Shown here in pieces: positions 34,028 to 42,654 of a stretch of DNA of 64,000 bases. Within the stretch, counting starts at the first letter, position 1. Every line of letters starts with the position of its first letter. The notes beneath the pieces were generated by a model. The model searched no databases and was not told the DNA's origin. It saw nothing but the letters and a program-made list of their open reading frames with translations. Both the position numbers and the translations under genes were made by a program. Location: the sequence record OP380604.1. One strand, written 5' to 3'.

Positions 34028-34143
34028 GAGCTAACTTATTGATTTCATTGAAGAAGACAAAATAGATTCTCATTAAAGATCTATAAGAGATTTTATTTTG
34101 TCTTTGATCAAATAGCGAGCGGCTACGCCGCAGTCTATCGACT
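34028..34143 (+). repeat. dispersed palindromic repeat, copy B
   Basis: 78-bp core identical to 34208-34285; followed by AGCGGCTACGCCGCAGTCTATCGACT. Confidence 0.95.
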
Positions 34144-34163
34144 GTTTACATTAGTTCAAATAG

Positions 34164-34334
34164 TATACTCTTCCAGAAATCGATGATCGCAAGATCGCGA
34201 ACGTAGTGAGCTAACTTATTGATTTCATTGAAGAAGACAAAATAGATTCTCATTAAAGATCTATAAGAGATTTTATTTTGTCTTTTTATAACGAGGTAGT
34301 AACAATCTAGCGGCTACGCCGCAGTCTATCGACT
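34164..34334 (+). repeat. dispersed palindromic repeat, copy C (tandem with B, 180-bp period)
   Basis: TATACTCTTCCAGAAA lead shared with copy A, identical core, same GC hairpin tail. Confidence 0.95.
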
Positions 34335-34458
34335 ATCTCGACTTGATTACTATCTCGTTGGAATGCTCTATAATCGATTCATTGGTGAGTTGATACGTTC
34401 ATACTCATATTGAGTCGAAACGCTTCACCAGTCGTTTGGTGAAGTTTACGAGCGTTTC

Positions 34459-34466
34459 TATAAATA
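34459..34466 (+). promoter_or_regulatory. late promoter TATAAATA for gp26
   Basis: exact T4 late consensus 23 nt upstream of ATG. Confidence 0.85.
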
Positions 34467-34488
34467 AGAACAAATAAGGAGTTTTTAA

Positions 34489-35265
34489 ATGGCAAAGTTT
34501 ACAAGGGACATGCTTCTTGAAGCTGTTCAACAATCGAGCGTCAAGCTGTCTAGTGGAAAGAAAGTTCGAGTTCGTGCTTTCTTGGTGAAAGAATATAAAA
34601 TTTTGATGTTGGCTCATGAAAGTGGCTCTCCTATGGAAGACGCTATGATCCAAATTCTGAAAAACTGCGTGATTGATACGTCTGGAATCGATTTGGAGAC
34701 GCTTCCGATCTTTGACATAGAGACTATCTATCTAGCAGTGTGGAAGCTCTCCAAGGGTACGTCAGTCGTTCCTGTGTCGTTTATTTGTCAGAATATGATC
34801 GACGCTTTGGACGAAGAGGGTAATCCCGTAATGATTGGCGATGAACCGGCTAAACGTCAGTGCTCAACTCAGATCAAGGTAAATGCGGATCTGCGTCGTG
34901 CGAAGTTGTCAAGAGTCCCGGAAAGTATGATTAAGATCAACGATAAGCTTTCTATCAAGATGCGTTATCCGACTGTATATGAATCTGAATTCTTTGACGT
35001 AGAAAAAGAATCCGATTTGTTTGATATCACTATGCGTTGTGTTCAGGAAGTTCATCTTAACGGCGATGTTATGAAAGTCGGAGAAGATATTCAACATGAA
35101 GAGTTGATCGAACTATTGGATTATTTGGACAAAGACGGCTATGAGAAAATGGCTAAGTTTGTTAATGATATTCCACAAACGACTCTTGACTTGGCAGTAA
35201 AATGTCCTCATTGCGGACATGCTGAACCTGTTACGCTGAGAGGGCTCTCCGATTTTTTCGACTAA
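34489..35265 (+). CDS. gp26: baseplate hub assembly protein (gp26/gp51-N family)
   Basis: KVRVRAFLVKEYKILMLA, LPIFDIETIYL, IKMRYP, CPHCG, ends LRGLSDFFD. Confidence 0.85.
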   Translation: MAKFTRDMLLEAVQQSSVKLSSGKKVRVRAFLVKEYKILMLAHESGSPMEDAMIQILKNCVIDTSGIDLETLPIFDIETIYLAVWKLSKGTSVVPVSFICQNMIDALDEEGNPVMIGDEPAKRQCSTQIKVNADLRRAKLSRVPESMIKINDKLSIKMRYPTVYESEFFDVEKESDLFDITMRCVQEVHLNGDVMKVGEDIQHEELIELLDYLDKDGYEKMAKFVNDIPQTTLDLAVKCPHCGHAEPVTLRGLSDFFD

Positions 35266-35435
35266 CCCTCGTGAATGATTCGGTTTACGATTTATTCAAC
35301 GTAAATTACGAAATGCACAAAGAGGGTTGGTCGATTGAAGAGTTGGAAACTACAACTCCCTTCGAACGTGCCATATATCGTACTCTATTCATTAATGACA
35401 GAAATAAACGAGCTAAGGAGGCTAGTGAGTCGTGA
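35259..35435 (+). CDS. gp51: gp51-like C-terminal module, in the -1 frame of gp26
   Basis: read manually: RLTLVNDSVYDLFNVNYEMHKEGWSIEELETTTPFERAIYRTLFINDRNKRAKEASES resembles the T4 gp51 C-terminus; alternative GTG start at 35271. Confidence 0.75.
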   Translation, partial: RLTLVNDSVYDLFNVNYEMHKEGWSIEELETTTPFERAIYRTLFINDRNKRAKEASES

Positions 35436-37285
35436 AAGAAACAAACGAAATACTGGAAGACTCTAGTTTAAAGCTCGCTGTGCAACTTGATGATACCCGA
35501 AAACAAGCGAGGGATCTGGAAACGGCATTCGATATGACTACCGATTCTAGTCTCGACGTTGCGAAAGCAGAGGACTCGCTTGTTAAGTCTATTTCGTCTA
35601 AAGTAAAGGCAACCGATCGCGCCACTGAATATATGGACACGGTTGCCTATGCTCAACGAAATAGTTCTCAAATTGAGGACGAATATCAGAAGGCATTACA
35701 GCGAAGAACAGAGTTGGAAAATAAAATATCGAGTCAGAGTCCTATTATTCGATATTCTGAACAAGCAGCTAATGCTGCCGCACAGACTGAAATTCCAGCC
35801 GGAGACACACCCAGTCCATCACCGACGCCGGAAACAAAACCGGACGTTGATGCGGAGCTGAAAAAGTTCCTGAAAGAGAAAGGTTTAACAAGTCGCAAGG
35901 AGTATGAGGACAAGAAGAAAGCAGACAAGCAGGAGCGAGAAGAAAATAAAGGATTTATTCGCAAGTCTGCCGAATCCCTTGTCAAGAATACTCTTTCCAC
36001 TATTCATGAAACTGCGTCAGGTGCGTTTAGTCAAATGGTCAGTGGAGTTGAATCTGCTGTGTTTAAAGATATTCCTGGATACGGCATGGCTCGATCTGCG
36101 GTAAATACAGTCGCTAGTAAAGGTTCTAAATTTATCAAGGACGTTGGTAGTAGAGGAATTGAAAAGCTCAAGGAAAATAGATTTGAGCGACTGAGAGAAA
36201 AAGAGATTAGTAAATTCCAATCTTCTCGCGAAGTTGAAACTGGCGAAGATGTTAATGCGGAAGAACAATCCAAAAAAGAGAGTCAAGAGCAGCGTCAGGA
36301 GAGAGGTGAGAATAGGAAAGAGCGCGGAGAAAACGACAAGCGTCACAAGACACTAATCAGCACACTGAAAGATCTTGGCAAAATGCTGTTGATCGGTGGC
36401 ATCATGAAGATGTTCGGTGGCTTACTTGGAGGATTAGCAAGTCTCGGCACAGGACTATTCTCGCGATTCGGATTATTGATCACGACTCTTGGTGGATTAG
36501 CTGCTAAATTTGCGTCTGCGATTAAATCGTCGCTTGGCTCAATGTTTGAGAAAGCTTTCCCTGGATTTAAAAAGCCGAAGCCCGATATCGATGTTGACGG
36601 CAAAAAGCCTAGACCGGATGTTGACGCCGACGGCAAAAATCCAAAACCGGATGTTGATTCAAAAGGTAAGCCTAGACCAAACGTTGATGTTGATATTAAC
36701 GGTAAGCCTAAGCCGACTATTGAGCCAGGTAAAACGCCTGATGTTGAAATGAAATCTGGCAAAGCTATTGGTGAAGCTGCTGAGACTATTGAAGGAAAAG
36801 CTGGACAAAAAGCCGCTGCTGCGGGCACAAAAGGTTTCCTTGAAAAAATCGGTGGTAAAGCTGCATTGACCGGAGCTGCTAAAGTTGTGGGTAGAGTTGC
36901 GACTAAGTTTATTCCGTTTGTCGGAACTGCGTTACTACTGAACGATCTTTACGATATTGCGGACTATGTTACCGACGGTAAAGTTTCTGAAATGGTAAAT
37001 AGCGCGGGTGACGCATTGAAAGAGAAACTATCTCCTGTTGCTAATATTCAAAGTGGTATGGCACCAGAAAGTGCTGCTGTTGAAGCAAGTGGAGAGAATT
37101 TGAAGCGAGCCGAGGCAGAAAAGAAAGAACGAGATAGACAACGCGACGCAACGGCGATGCGAGCACAAATGGCAATGACGAGTAACGTTAACAACAACAA
37201 TACCAGCATTTACACAAGCTCATTTGGATTCCCGTCAGATCACGGATATTCAAACTCAACACCATACGGGATGCAAAATCGATGA
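35432..37285 (+). CDS. gp29: tail tape measure / hub protein
   Basis: 617 aa, helical and charged N-half, glycine-rich hydrophobic segment, NVNNNNTS C-terminal motif; follows gp26/51. Confidence 0.75.
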   Translation: MKETNEILEDSSLKLAVQLDDTRKQARDLETAFDMTTDSSLDVAKAEDSLVKSISSKVKATDRATEYMDTVAYAQRNSSQIEDEYQKALQRRTELENKISSQSPIIRYSEQAANAAAQTEIPAGDTPSPSPTPETKPDVDAELKKFLKEKGLTSRKEYEDKKKADKQEREENKGFIRKSAESLVKNTLSTIHETASGAFSQMVSGVESAVFKDIPGYGMARSAVNTVASKGSKFIKDVGSRGIEKLKENRFERLREKEISKFQSSREVETGEDVNAEEQSKKESQEQRQERGENRKERGENDKRHKTLISTLKDLGKMLLIGGIMKMFGGLLGGLASLGTGLFSRFGLLITTLGGLAAKFASAIKSSLGSMFEKAFPGFKKPKPDIDVDGKKPRPDVDADGKNPKPDVDSKGKPRPNVDVDINGKPKPTIEPGKTPDVEMKSGKAIGEAAETIEGKAGQKAAAAGTKGFLEKIGGKAALTGAAKVVGRVATKFIPFVGTALLLNDLYDIADYVTDGKVSEMVNSAGDALKEKLSPVANIQSGMAPESAAVEASGENLKRAEAEKKERDRQRDATAMRAQMAMTSNVNNNNTSIYTSSFGFPSDHGYSNSTPYGMQNR

Positions 37286-37851
37286 TACATAGTAACCCAG
37301 CACACGTAACGAACTTCCGACTGGATATTCCAGACTCGGGAGGTACAATTGCGTTTGAGATGGCAGTCCAGGGATTGGGTATCCCTGGAATCAATATTAA
37401 TCCTATTGAGATACCAATTAACCCAATGACAACTGGTAAACTTCCAGGCACTGCTGTTGATTTCGAGCCGCTTAACATTCGTGTGTTGCTTGACGAGGAA
37501 CTAAGTGCATATGTGGAAGTTTACAAGTGGATGTTATCTGTAGTAGACTATGCAAAGCTAAACAGCACTGCACAAATCGAAGGCACTGTTCCTAGAACAT
37601 TGCTACTCCACGTTTTGGATAACTCCAAGAAGAAAATCGTTCTAACATTCAAGTTCATCGACGCTTGGCCGTCAAATCTAGGTGAGGTAGAATTTACATA
37701 CACCGATGAAAGTAATAGTCCGATAGTTCTTCCTGTCCAATTTATGTATAAGTCATTTGTCATAGAAAAAGACGGTGTAGAAATACGTCCTTACGTTGCC
37801 GGATCTAATGGCAGTGCTCCTACTTTGCATCCATTTTATTCTCACGCATAA
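37282..37851 (+). CDS. gp3: tail tube terminator / completion protein
   Basis: TNFRLDIP, IPGI, FEPLNIRVLLDEEL..YKWML, LHVLDNSKKKIV, AWPSNLGEVEF. Confidence 0.92.
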   Translation: MIHSNPAHVTNFRLDIPDSGGTIAFEMAVQGLGIPGININPIEIPINPMTTGKLPGTAVDFEPLNIRVLLDEELSAYVEVYKWMLSVVDYAKLNSTAQIEGTVPRTLLLHVLDNSKKKIVLTFKFIDAWPSNLGEVEFTYTDESNSPIVLPVQFMYKSFVIEKDGVEIRPYVAGSNGSAPTLHPFYSHA

Positions 37852-37859
37852 GGATCAGT

Positions 37860-38546
37860 ATGATATTCGGTATTCATGGTAAAAAGCGCAGCGGTAAAGA
37901 TACCGCTGCTAAATTCATTGCGGAATATGACAACTCAATCACCGTTTGTTCGCTTGCTACTCCTATAAAACGGGCATTGGAATTTGCTTCAATGAAAACC
38001 CGTGCTGGATTTAGCTACGCTGATATTGACGGCAAAGGAAAAGATAGAGACGTTGTTGAGTTTAAGCTTACTCGCCAATTCTGGCTTGAAGCAATAAAAT
38101 ATCTCAATGATACCTATATCAAATTCAGCAATGACCAATTTGACGTACTAAATAACATTATAATCGGACTCGACGTTGAACGTCCTATTACAATGCGACG
38201 GATGATGCAGTTGCTAGGTACCGATATTATCGTTGATCGTGTTGATCGCGATTATTGGATCAAGTGTATTGAATCGGAAGTCCGAGTTTGGGGACTCGAT
38301 GTTGTTATTCCGGACATTAGACAAGAACATGAAATCGAATACGTGAGAAAACACGGATTAATGTTCTTTGTTTATCGCGATACAAAAATGTGTGATAATC
38401 ATATCACAGAACGGGGTCTGACTCCGTTAGAACATGAACCAATTATTCATAACGATAGCACATTAGATAGCTTCCGTTATGACGTTTTAAACACTTATAA
38501 GGAATTGAAATGCAAGAACAAGTTCAACAACTGCAAGCACAACTGA
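37860..38546 (+). CDS. gp1: dNMP kinase
   Basis: IHGKKRSGKDT P-loop, RRMMQLLGTDI, VIPDIRQEHE, HITERG. Confidence 0.95.
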   Translation: MIFGIHGKKRSGKDTAAKFIAEYDNSITVCSLATPIKRALEFASMKTRAGFSYADIDGKGKDRDVVEFKLTRQFWLEAIKYLNDTYIKFSNDQFDVLNNIIIGLDVERPITMRRMMQLLGTDIIVDRVDRDYWIKCIESEVRVWGLDVVIPDIRQEHEIEYVRKHGLMFFVYRDTKMCDNHITERGLTPLEHEPIIHNDSTLDSFRYDVLNTYKELKCKNKFNNCKHN

Positions 38547-38743
38547 ACACCCTGAAAGTTCGTCTGTTTGACGCACAGGAAGCCCGTACCCAAGAAACTG
38601 AATTCTATCAGGGTTTCTTTGCTCAACTGGCTAAAGAACTGGGCCTGGAAGGCGAAGCTGCTACCCAACCGGAAGCTTATCTGAAAGCAATCGCTGAACT
38701 CAAAGCTCCGAAAGCAGTTGACGGCGAGCTGGTAACCGAGTAA
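38510..38743 (+). CDS. gp57A: tail fibre chaperone
   Basis: LKVRLFDAQE coiled coil; between gp1 and gp57B. Confidence 0.8.
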   Translation: MQEQVQQLQAQLNTLKVRLFDAQEARTQETEFYQGFFAQLAKELGLEGEAATQPEAYLKAIAELKAPKAVDGELVTE

Positions 38744-39237
38744 TGTTAAAGTCGTTTTCTGAATTCACAGAAGCGACTAAGCAAGACACGCGCGGCACTT
38801 ATGTAGCAGTACGTTACAAGCCGCGCACTGCAATGGCAATTGTTAGAAGATGCAGGGAAATGGGGATACCTAATCTTGTCCCCTATGATAAGCTGCACAC
38901 TACATTGATCTACTCAAGAAAATACTTGCCCGAATTTCAAGCAAGTGGTAAGATCGATAAAGTGTTGCAAGGCGTCATGATACCTGATATCTTTGAAACT
39001 CAAAGCGGCAAACGTGCTCTTGTGCTCAAGCTCACCGACCCATGGTTCGGTGCTAGACACAAAGAGATCAGAGAAAAGCATGGGGCGACTCATGATTATC
39101 CTGACTATCATCCACACATTACCGCTAGTTATGATGTTGGTCCTGATTTTGTTTTGCCAAAAAGCTTTACAATAGATTACAAGCTATGTATACTTGAAGA
39201 GTACACAGAAGATTTAGATTTTGACTGGAGTCCCTGA
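38743..39237 (+). CDS. gp57B: 2H phosphoesterase family protein
   Basis: two HxT/S motifs: LHTTLIYSR and YHPHITASYD. Confidence 0.92.
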   Translation: MLKSFSEFTEATKQDTRGTYVAVRYKPRTAMAIVRRCREMGIPNLVPYDKLHTTLIYSRKYLPEFQASGKIDKVLQGVMIPDIFETQSGKRALVLKLTDPWFGARHKEIREKHGATHDYPDYHPHITASYDVGPDFVLPKSFTIDYKLCILEEYTEDLDFDWSP

Positions 39238-39261
39238 TTCCAGTCTTTTAGAACACATTGA

Positions 39262-39363
39262 CGGGGATTAGTTCAGTGGGATAGAACAACTGCCTTCTCC
39301 TGTGCTTTCCAACGAGAGTACAGAAGAAGCAGTGGGTCACTGGTTCGAATCCAGTATCCTCGG
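39262..39363 (+). tRNA. tRNA-Arg-like gene with 28-nt hairpin insert in the anticodon loop
   Basis: CGGGGAT/ATCCTCG acceptor, D arm with A20, ACTGC/GCAGT stem, T arm; loop CTTCT[28 nt]AA. Confidence 0.8.
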
Positions 39364-39454
39364 CAATGTGTTTTACACAAAAGAAAAAGTCGCGTCGGAA
39401 CTGACACTCATAAAGTCCAATGTACACAAGAGAGTTCCGGGCGCGCATTATTTT

Positions 39455-39539
39455 GGGAGATTGGTGTAATTGGTAGCCGCAGGACACTCAAAATGTCCCG
39501 TCTTCTGACGTACCGGTTCGAGTCCGGTATCTCCCACCA
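39455..39539 (+). tRNA. tRNA-Leu(CAA)
   Basis: cloverleaf, GGACA-CTCAAAA-TGTCC, long variable arm, CCA. Confidence 0.93.
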
Positions 39540-39544
39540 AATTC

Positions 39545-39629
39545 GGGGATATGGCGTAATCGGTAGCCGCGGGGGATTTAAAATCCCAAGTCTTCGGACG
39601 TGTGGGTTCGAGTCCCACTATCCCCACCA
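39545..39629 (+). tRNA. tRNA-Leu(TAA)
   Basis: cloverleaf, loop TTTAAAA, long variable arm, CCA. Confidence 0.93.
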
Positions 39630-39649
39630 AACGAAAAGAGGTTGACACG

Positions 39650-39886
39650 TTGAAACTTGTCTGTATACTGGACCAAGATGAAGACGGAAGCTTTAGTGGA
39701 CGTGTTTATGGTCTAAACGGCATCTGTATTTTCGCTGGAAATCGTTCGGAATACCCGAGTGTAGTGGCATTAGAAGCTGCGAAAGCTCACATCGAAGCGT
39801 CAAAGGAAATGAATTTTGAAATTTTCGTTGACAACAACGCTGGAATCATTGAGAATGACCAGCATGTATTTTCTATCACTGTTTAA
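39650..39886 (+). CDS. hypothetical protein
   Basis: TTG start after GAGGT SD. Confidence 0.6.
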   Translation: MKLVCILDQDEDGSFSGRVYGLNGICIFAGNRSEYPSVVALEAAKAHIEASKEMNFEIFVDNNAGIIENDQHVFSITV

Positions 39887-39895
39887 GGAACTAAA

Positions 39896-40285
39896 ATGTC
39901 CCGTTTTGTTGTATCCCCTGTAGCTGGTAAAATCACCCGTTTCGTAGTCAACTCCGAGAAAGTTGTTGGTCTGGTAAAGCTGCATTCTGGTAAGACTCTG
40001 CTGACTGTAAAAGTTGACGGTCAACTGCCGACTGTGTATACTGTTGCCGAGCGTTTCGAAGATCTGGCGCTGAAACTGAAAGATTGCTACATCAAACGCG
40101 CTGTTGTTACTCCGGTTGAACATCGTGGCATTGCGAAGTTCGTAGTTGGTGCCGACAAGATCGTTGGTCTGCATGAGAACATTCACGGTGAAGTTCTTCT
40201 GAGTTTCCGCACTTCCGAGTATGACGTACCGAATCGCGTCATGATCGAAGAATCTCTGGAAGCTGTTCTGGAAGCTATCGCTTAA
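39896..40285 (+). CDS. hypothetical protein with internal tandem duplication
   Basis: AAGGA SD, terminator after; two similar ~64-aa halves. Confidence 0.8.
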   Translation: MSRFVVSPVAGKITRFVVNSEKVVGLVKLHSGKTLLTVKVDGQLPTVYTVAERFEDLALKLKDCYIKRAVVTPVEHRGIAKFVVGADKIVGLHENIHGEVLLSFRTSEYDVPNRVMIEESLEAVLEAIA

Positions 40286-40292
40286 TTATCAT

Positions 40293-40316
40293 AAGCCCCT
40301 TAACTGGGGCTTTTTT
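40293..40316 (+). terminator. intrinsic terminator
   Basis: AAGCCCC-TTAACT-GGGGCTT plus T-run. Confidence 0.8.
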
Positions 40317-40340
40317 GTAACCTAATCAAGGGAAAATTAC

Positions 40341-41447
40341 GTGGGTTCTTTCAATACTATTTGTGGCGTTAGTCGTCATATCGTTACATGTGGCGAACCG
40401 GTTGTTCTGCTGGCACTCGTTTGTAACGGAGAAACTATTCCAGCCGCACCTGGTTGCTATAACTGGGATCGATACCAGCTCGCTATGCATCTTCCGATGT
40501 ATGCGACATATGATGACTATGGTAACTTCGAGATCGAAGATAACGACGCATACCAAGCGTTCCAAGACATGGTAAAGACTTATATCGTTTGTGACGAAGA
40601 ACGTAATGTTAACATTGATGATCTATTCGATCCGAAAAAGCTGTCATATCAGGACTTGATGCGCGAAGAAGCTTTGTATATTCAGCCAGCTTTCTCATTC
40701 AGCGGTGCAAAGAAATCTCCCGTTATGTTCATGGTAATCAAGCGGAAAGTCTATGATCTGATGGTAGCAGAATATGACCGCACATTGGAACAATCATGGA
40801 ACAAAGACTACGCTATCAAGTCGCATAAAGAGATCCGCGGTACTTTCGCCAGGCTTGAAATTCGCGATCCAGATAAAAAACGCTTGACTAAAGAAGAACT
40901 AGCTTTTAGACTGGAAGAAATAGAGAAGGAGCCAGAGATCATTCGTGATGAACTGAGAAAGGATCTGTTCAATGAATATCTCAGTATGGGTTTCTCCTGG
41001 GAATATGATAGCGTTGTCAATGTAGGAATGGGTCCTTACTCTAAAAACAACTTGACAAACCGTGTTATTAAACTCACTGCTGCTAATGCAGATCTGCATA
41101 TCGGACTCCGTAAGTTTGTTAGCATGTTGTGTGAACTCAACATCGAGTTTAACCCACAACAATACGGCAGTCAGGACAACGATCATCTGTATCATGCCGA
41201 TCTGATGACTCGAATTGTGGTAGCTGGTGCTGAGAATGATCAGACTCGCGAATATCCACTGAAAATTAGTCCAAAATTAGTTGTTAACTTGAATTCGGAT
41301 GCTGTGTCAGAATACATGTATCCAGTCGGTAGCTGGAAAGAAAATCCGGATCTGATTCATGACAAGAACGGCAACATTGTTCCGTCAATGCAGAAGTACG
41401 GTGAGTTCAACGAGATTTCAAACATCGTGGAGTTCAAGGAGGTCTAA
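40341..41447 (+). CDS. hypothetical protein (368 aa)
   Basis: long ORF with GTG start and AGGG SD. Confidence 0.8.
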   Translation: MGSFNTICGVSRHIVTCGEPVVLLALVCNGETIPAAPGCYNWDRYQLAMHLPMYATYDDYGNFEIEDNDAYQAFQDMVKTYIVCDEERNVNIDDLFDPKKLSYQDLMREEALYIQPAFSFSGAKKSPVMFMVIKRKVYDLMVAEYDRTLEQSWNKDYAIKSHKEIRGTFARLEIRDPDKKRLTKEELAFRLEEIEKEPEIIRDELRKDLFNEYLSMGFSWEYDSVVNVGMGPYSKNNLTNRVIKLTAANADLHIGLRKFVSMLCELNIEFNPQQYGSQDNDHLYHADLMTRIVVAGAENDQTREYPLKISPKLVVNLNSDAVSEYMYPVGSWKENPDLIHDKNGNIVPSMQKYGEFNEISNIVEFKEV

Positions 41448-41522
41448 TCGTGAAAGACGAATGGCCTGATTTCTAAAAGGTGGCTCGAAAGAGCCGCCAT
41501 ATTAATGCGATAACGTATTACT

Positions 41523-41855
41523 ATGGCTAATGAGGAAATGAAGATGGAAATTGATAATCTGTTTGACTTTATGGACGCTTTGCGTAAACAAGACGCACCG
41601 GAAGAGTTCATTGACTCTGATGGACTTGGGGACGCGCTGGAAGAGATCATTAATGATATTAAAGGTCCGATGAAGCGTGGCTCACGCGATTTCTACAATC
41701 ACGGATATAAGCTTTCTATGGACGATATCGAAGTCTATTTTGAGGAAAGCCACTGTTCTTGCTGTCGTGCGGAACAAGAATCTTGGACTGTTAGCTATCA
41801 GCGTGTGTGGGATCATCTTGTAAAAACAAATCGAGTTGCGGAGATCGAAGAATGA
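41523..41855 (+). CDS. hypothetical acidic protein
   Basis: ORF in co-oriented string. Confidence 0.7.
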   Translation: MANEEMKMEIDNLFDFMDALRKQDAPEEFIDSDGLGDALEEIINDIKGPMKRGSRDFYNHGYKLSMDDIEVYFEESHCSCCRAEQESWTVSYQRVWDHLVKTNRVAEIEE

Positions 41856-42139
41856 AAGCTGCTGTGATTCTGCTTGCGCTGTTGAGCTTTGGTGCTCAGT
41901 CCGAAGAAATGTGCAAGGTAAAAGTCTGTAACAAGATCGAACGTTTCTCACTGTCTATCTGGTCACATATGAAAGATAAGATGGGTCAAACTTGCTTTGA
42001 GGCTATTCTGCCTAAGTCCGAGGCAGTTGTTGACAAAGTGTTGGACTCTGAGTCTCGCTGGTATCAGGGTAGCTCCATCAACGTTACCAAGCGTTCTGTG
42101 ACTCGCGTGAAAGAAGTGTATTCCTGCGATACTAAATAA
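41852..42139 (+). CDS. hypothetical exported protein
   Basis: MKAAVILLALLSFGAQS signal peptide; ATGA overlap with the upstream stop. Confidence 0.75.
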   Translation: MKAAVILLALLSFGAQSEEMCKVKVCNKIERFSLSIWSHMKDKMGQTCFEAILPKSEAVVDKVLDSESRWYQGSSINVTKRSVTRVKEVYSCDTK

Positions 42140-42164
42140 GTTTACTATACCAATAGGTGATGTT

Positions 42165-42389
42165 ATGATTAAGTTCTTGTTGATTACGTCTCTGATGGTT
42201 AACTTCGGTACAAACTTTGGCTCAAATAGCCATGCAATTCAGAAGTTTGACACCGAATCGGAATGCAGAGCCGCGCTGAAAGTCGCAGAAGAAGAAATGA
42301 AACTGCGATATGGCGAAAACAGAATGCAGATCATTGGTGGTAAAACCGAATTCAATGGTCAATGTAAGCCGTATTATTACGACAAGTAA
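42165..42389 (+). CDS. hypothetical exported protein
   Basis: hydrophobic N-terminus, AGGTG SD. Confidence 0.7.
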   Translation: MIKFLLITSLMVNFGTNFGSNSHAIQKFDTESECRAALKVAEEEMKLRYGENRMQIIGGKTEFNGQCKPYYYDK

Positions 42390-42432
42390 AGAATTTGATA
42401 AACCGTAAGATCTTTCCGAGCATGTATTGGTG

Positions 42433-42651
42433 GCAATATGCTCGTATGGACGGGACCAGCGCCCACCTAGCTGGTTGACAGTAGACACTAAATATGTTTA
42501 GTGGCAGTGGAACCCCATATTGTGCTAACACTGCGATGCGGACTGTCTTTATCACGGTATGCCGTAAATCTAAAGTGGAAGTGAACCCTTAGTCAGTCTT
42601 CGGACCAAACCGGCAGTAGCATGAAGCAATGTTGGGATACCGTGATAAAGA
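42433..42651 (+). ncRNA. two adjacent structured RNA candidates
   Basis: multibranch fold 42433-42523; 15-bp perfect helix 42546-42560/42637-42651 enclosing a GTC-TTCG-GAC hairpin. Confidence 0.45.
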
Positions 42652-42654
42652 TTG

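Noticed and set aside
34145-34169. early promoter TTTACA..TATACT between repeat copies
   Set aside because: Spacer is only 13 nt, incompatible with sigma70 geometry.
33990-34340. CRISPR array
   Set aside because: Only two ~180-bp units with long palindromic cores; no 25-45 bp repeat/unique spacer periodicity and no cas genes.
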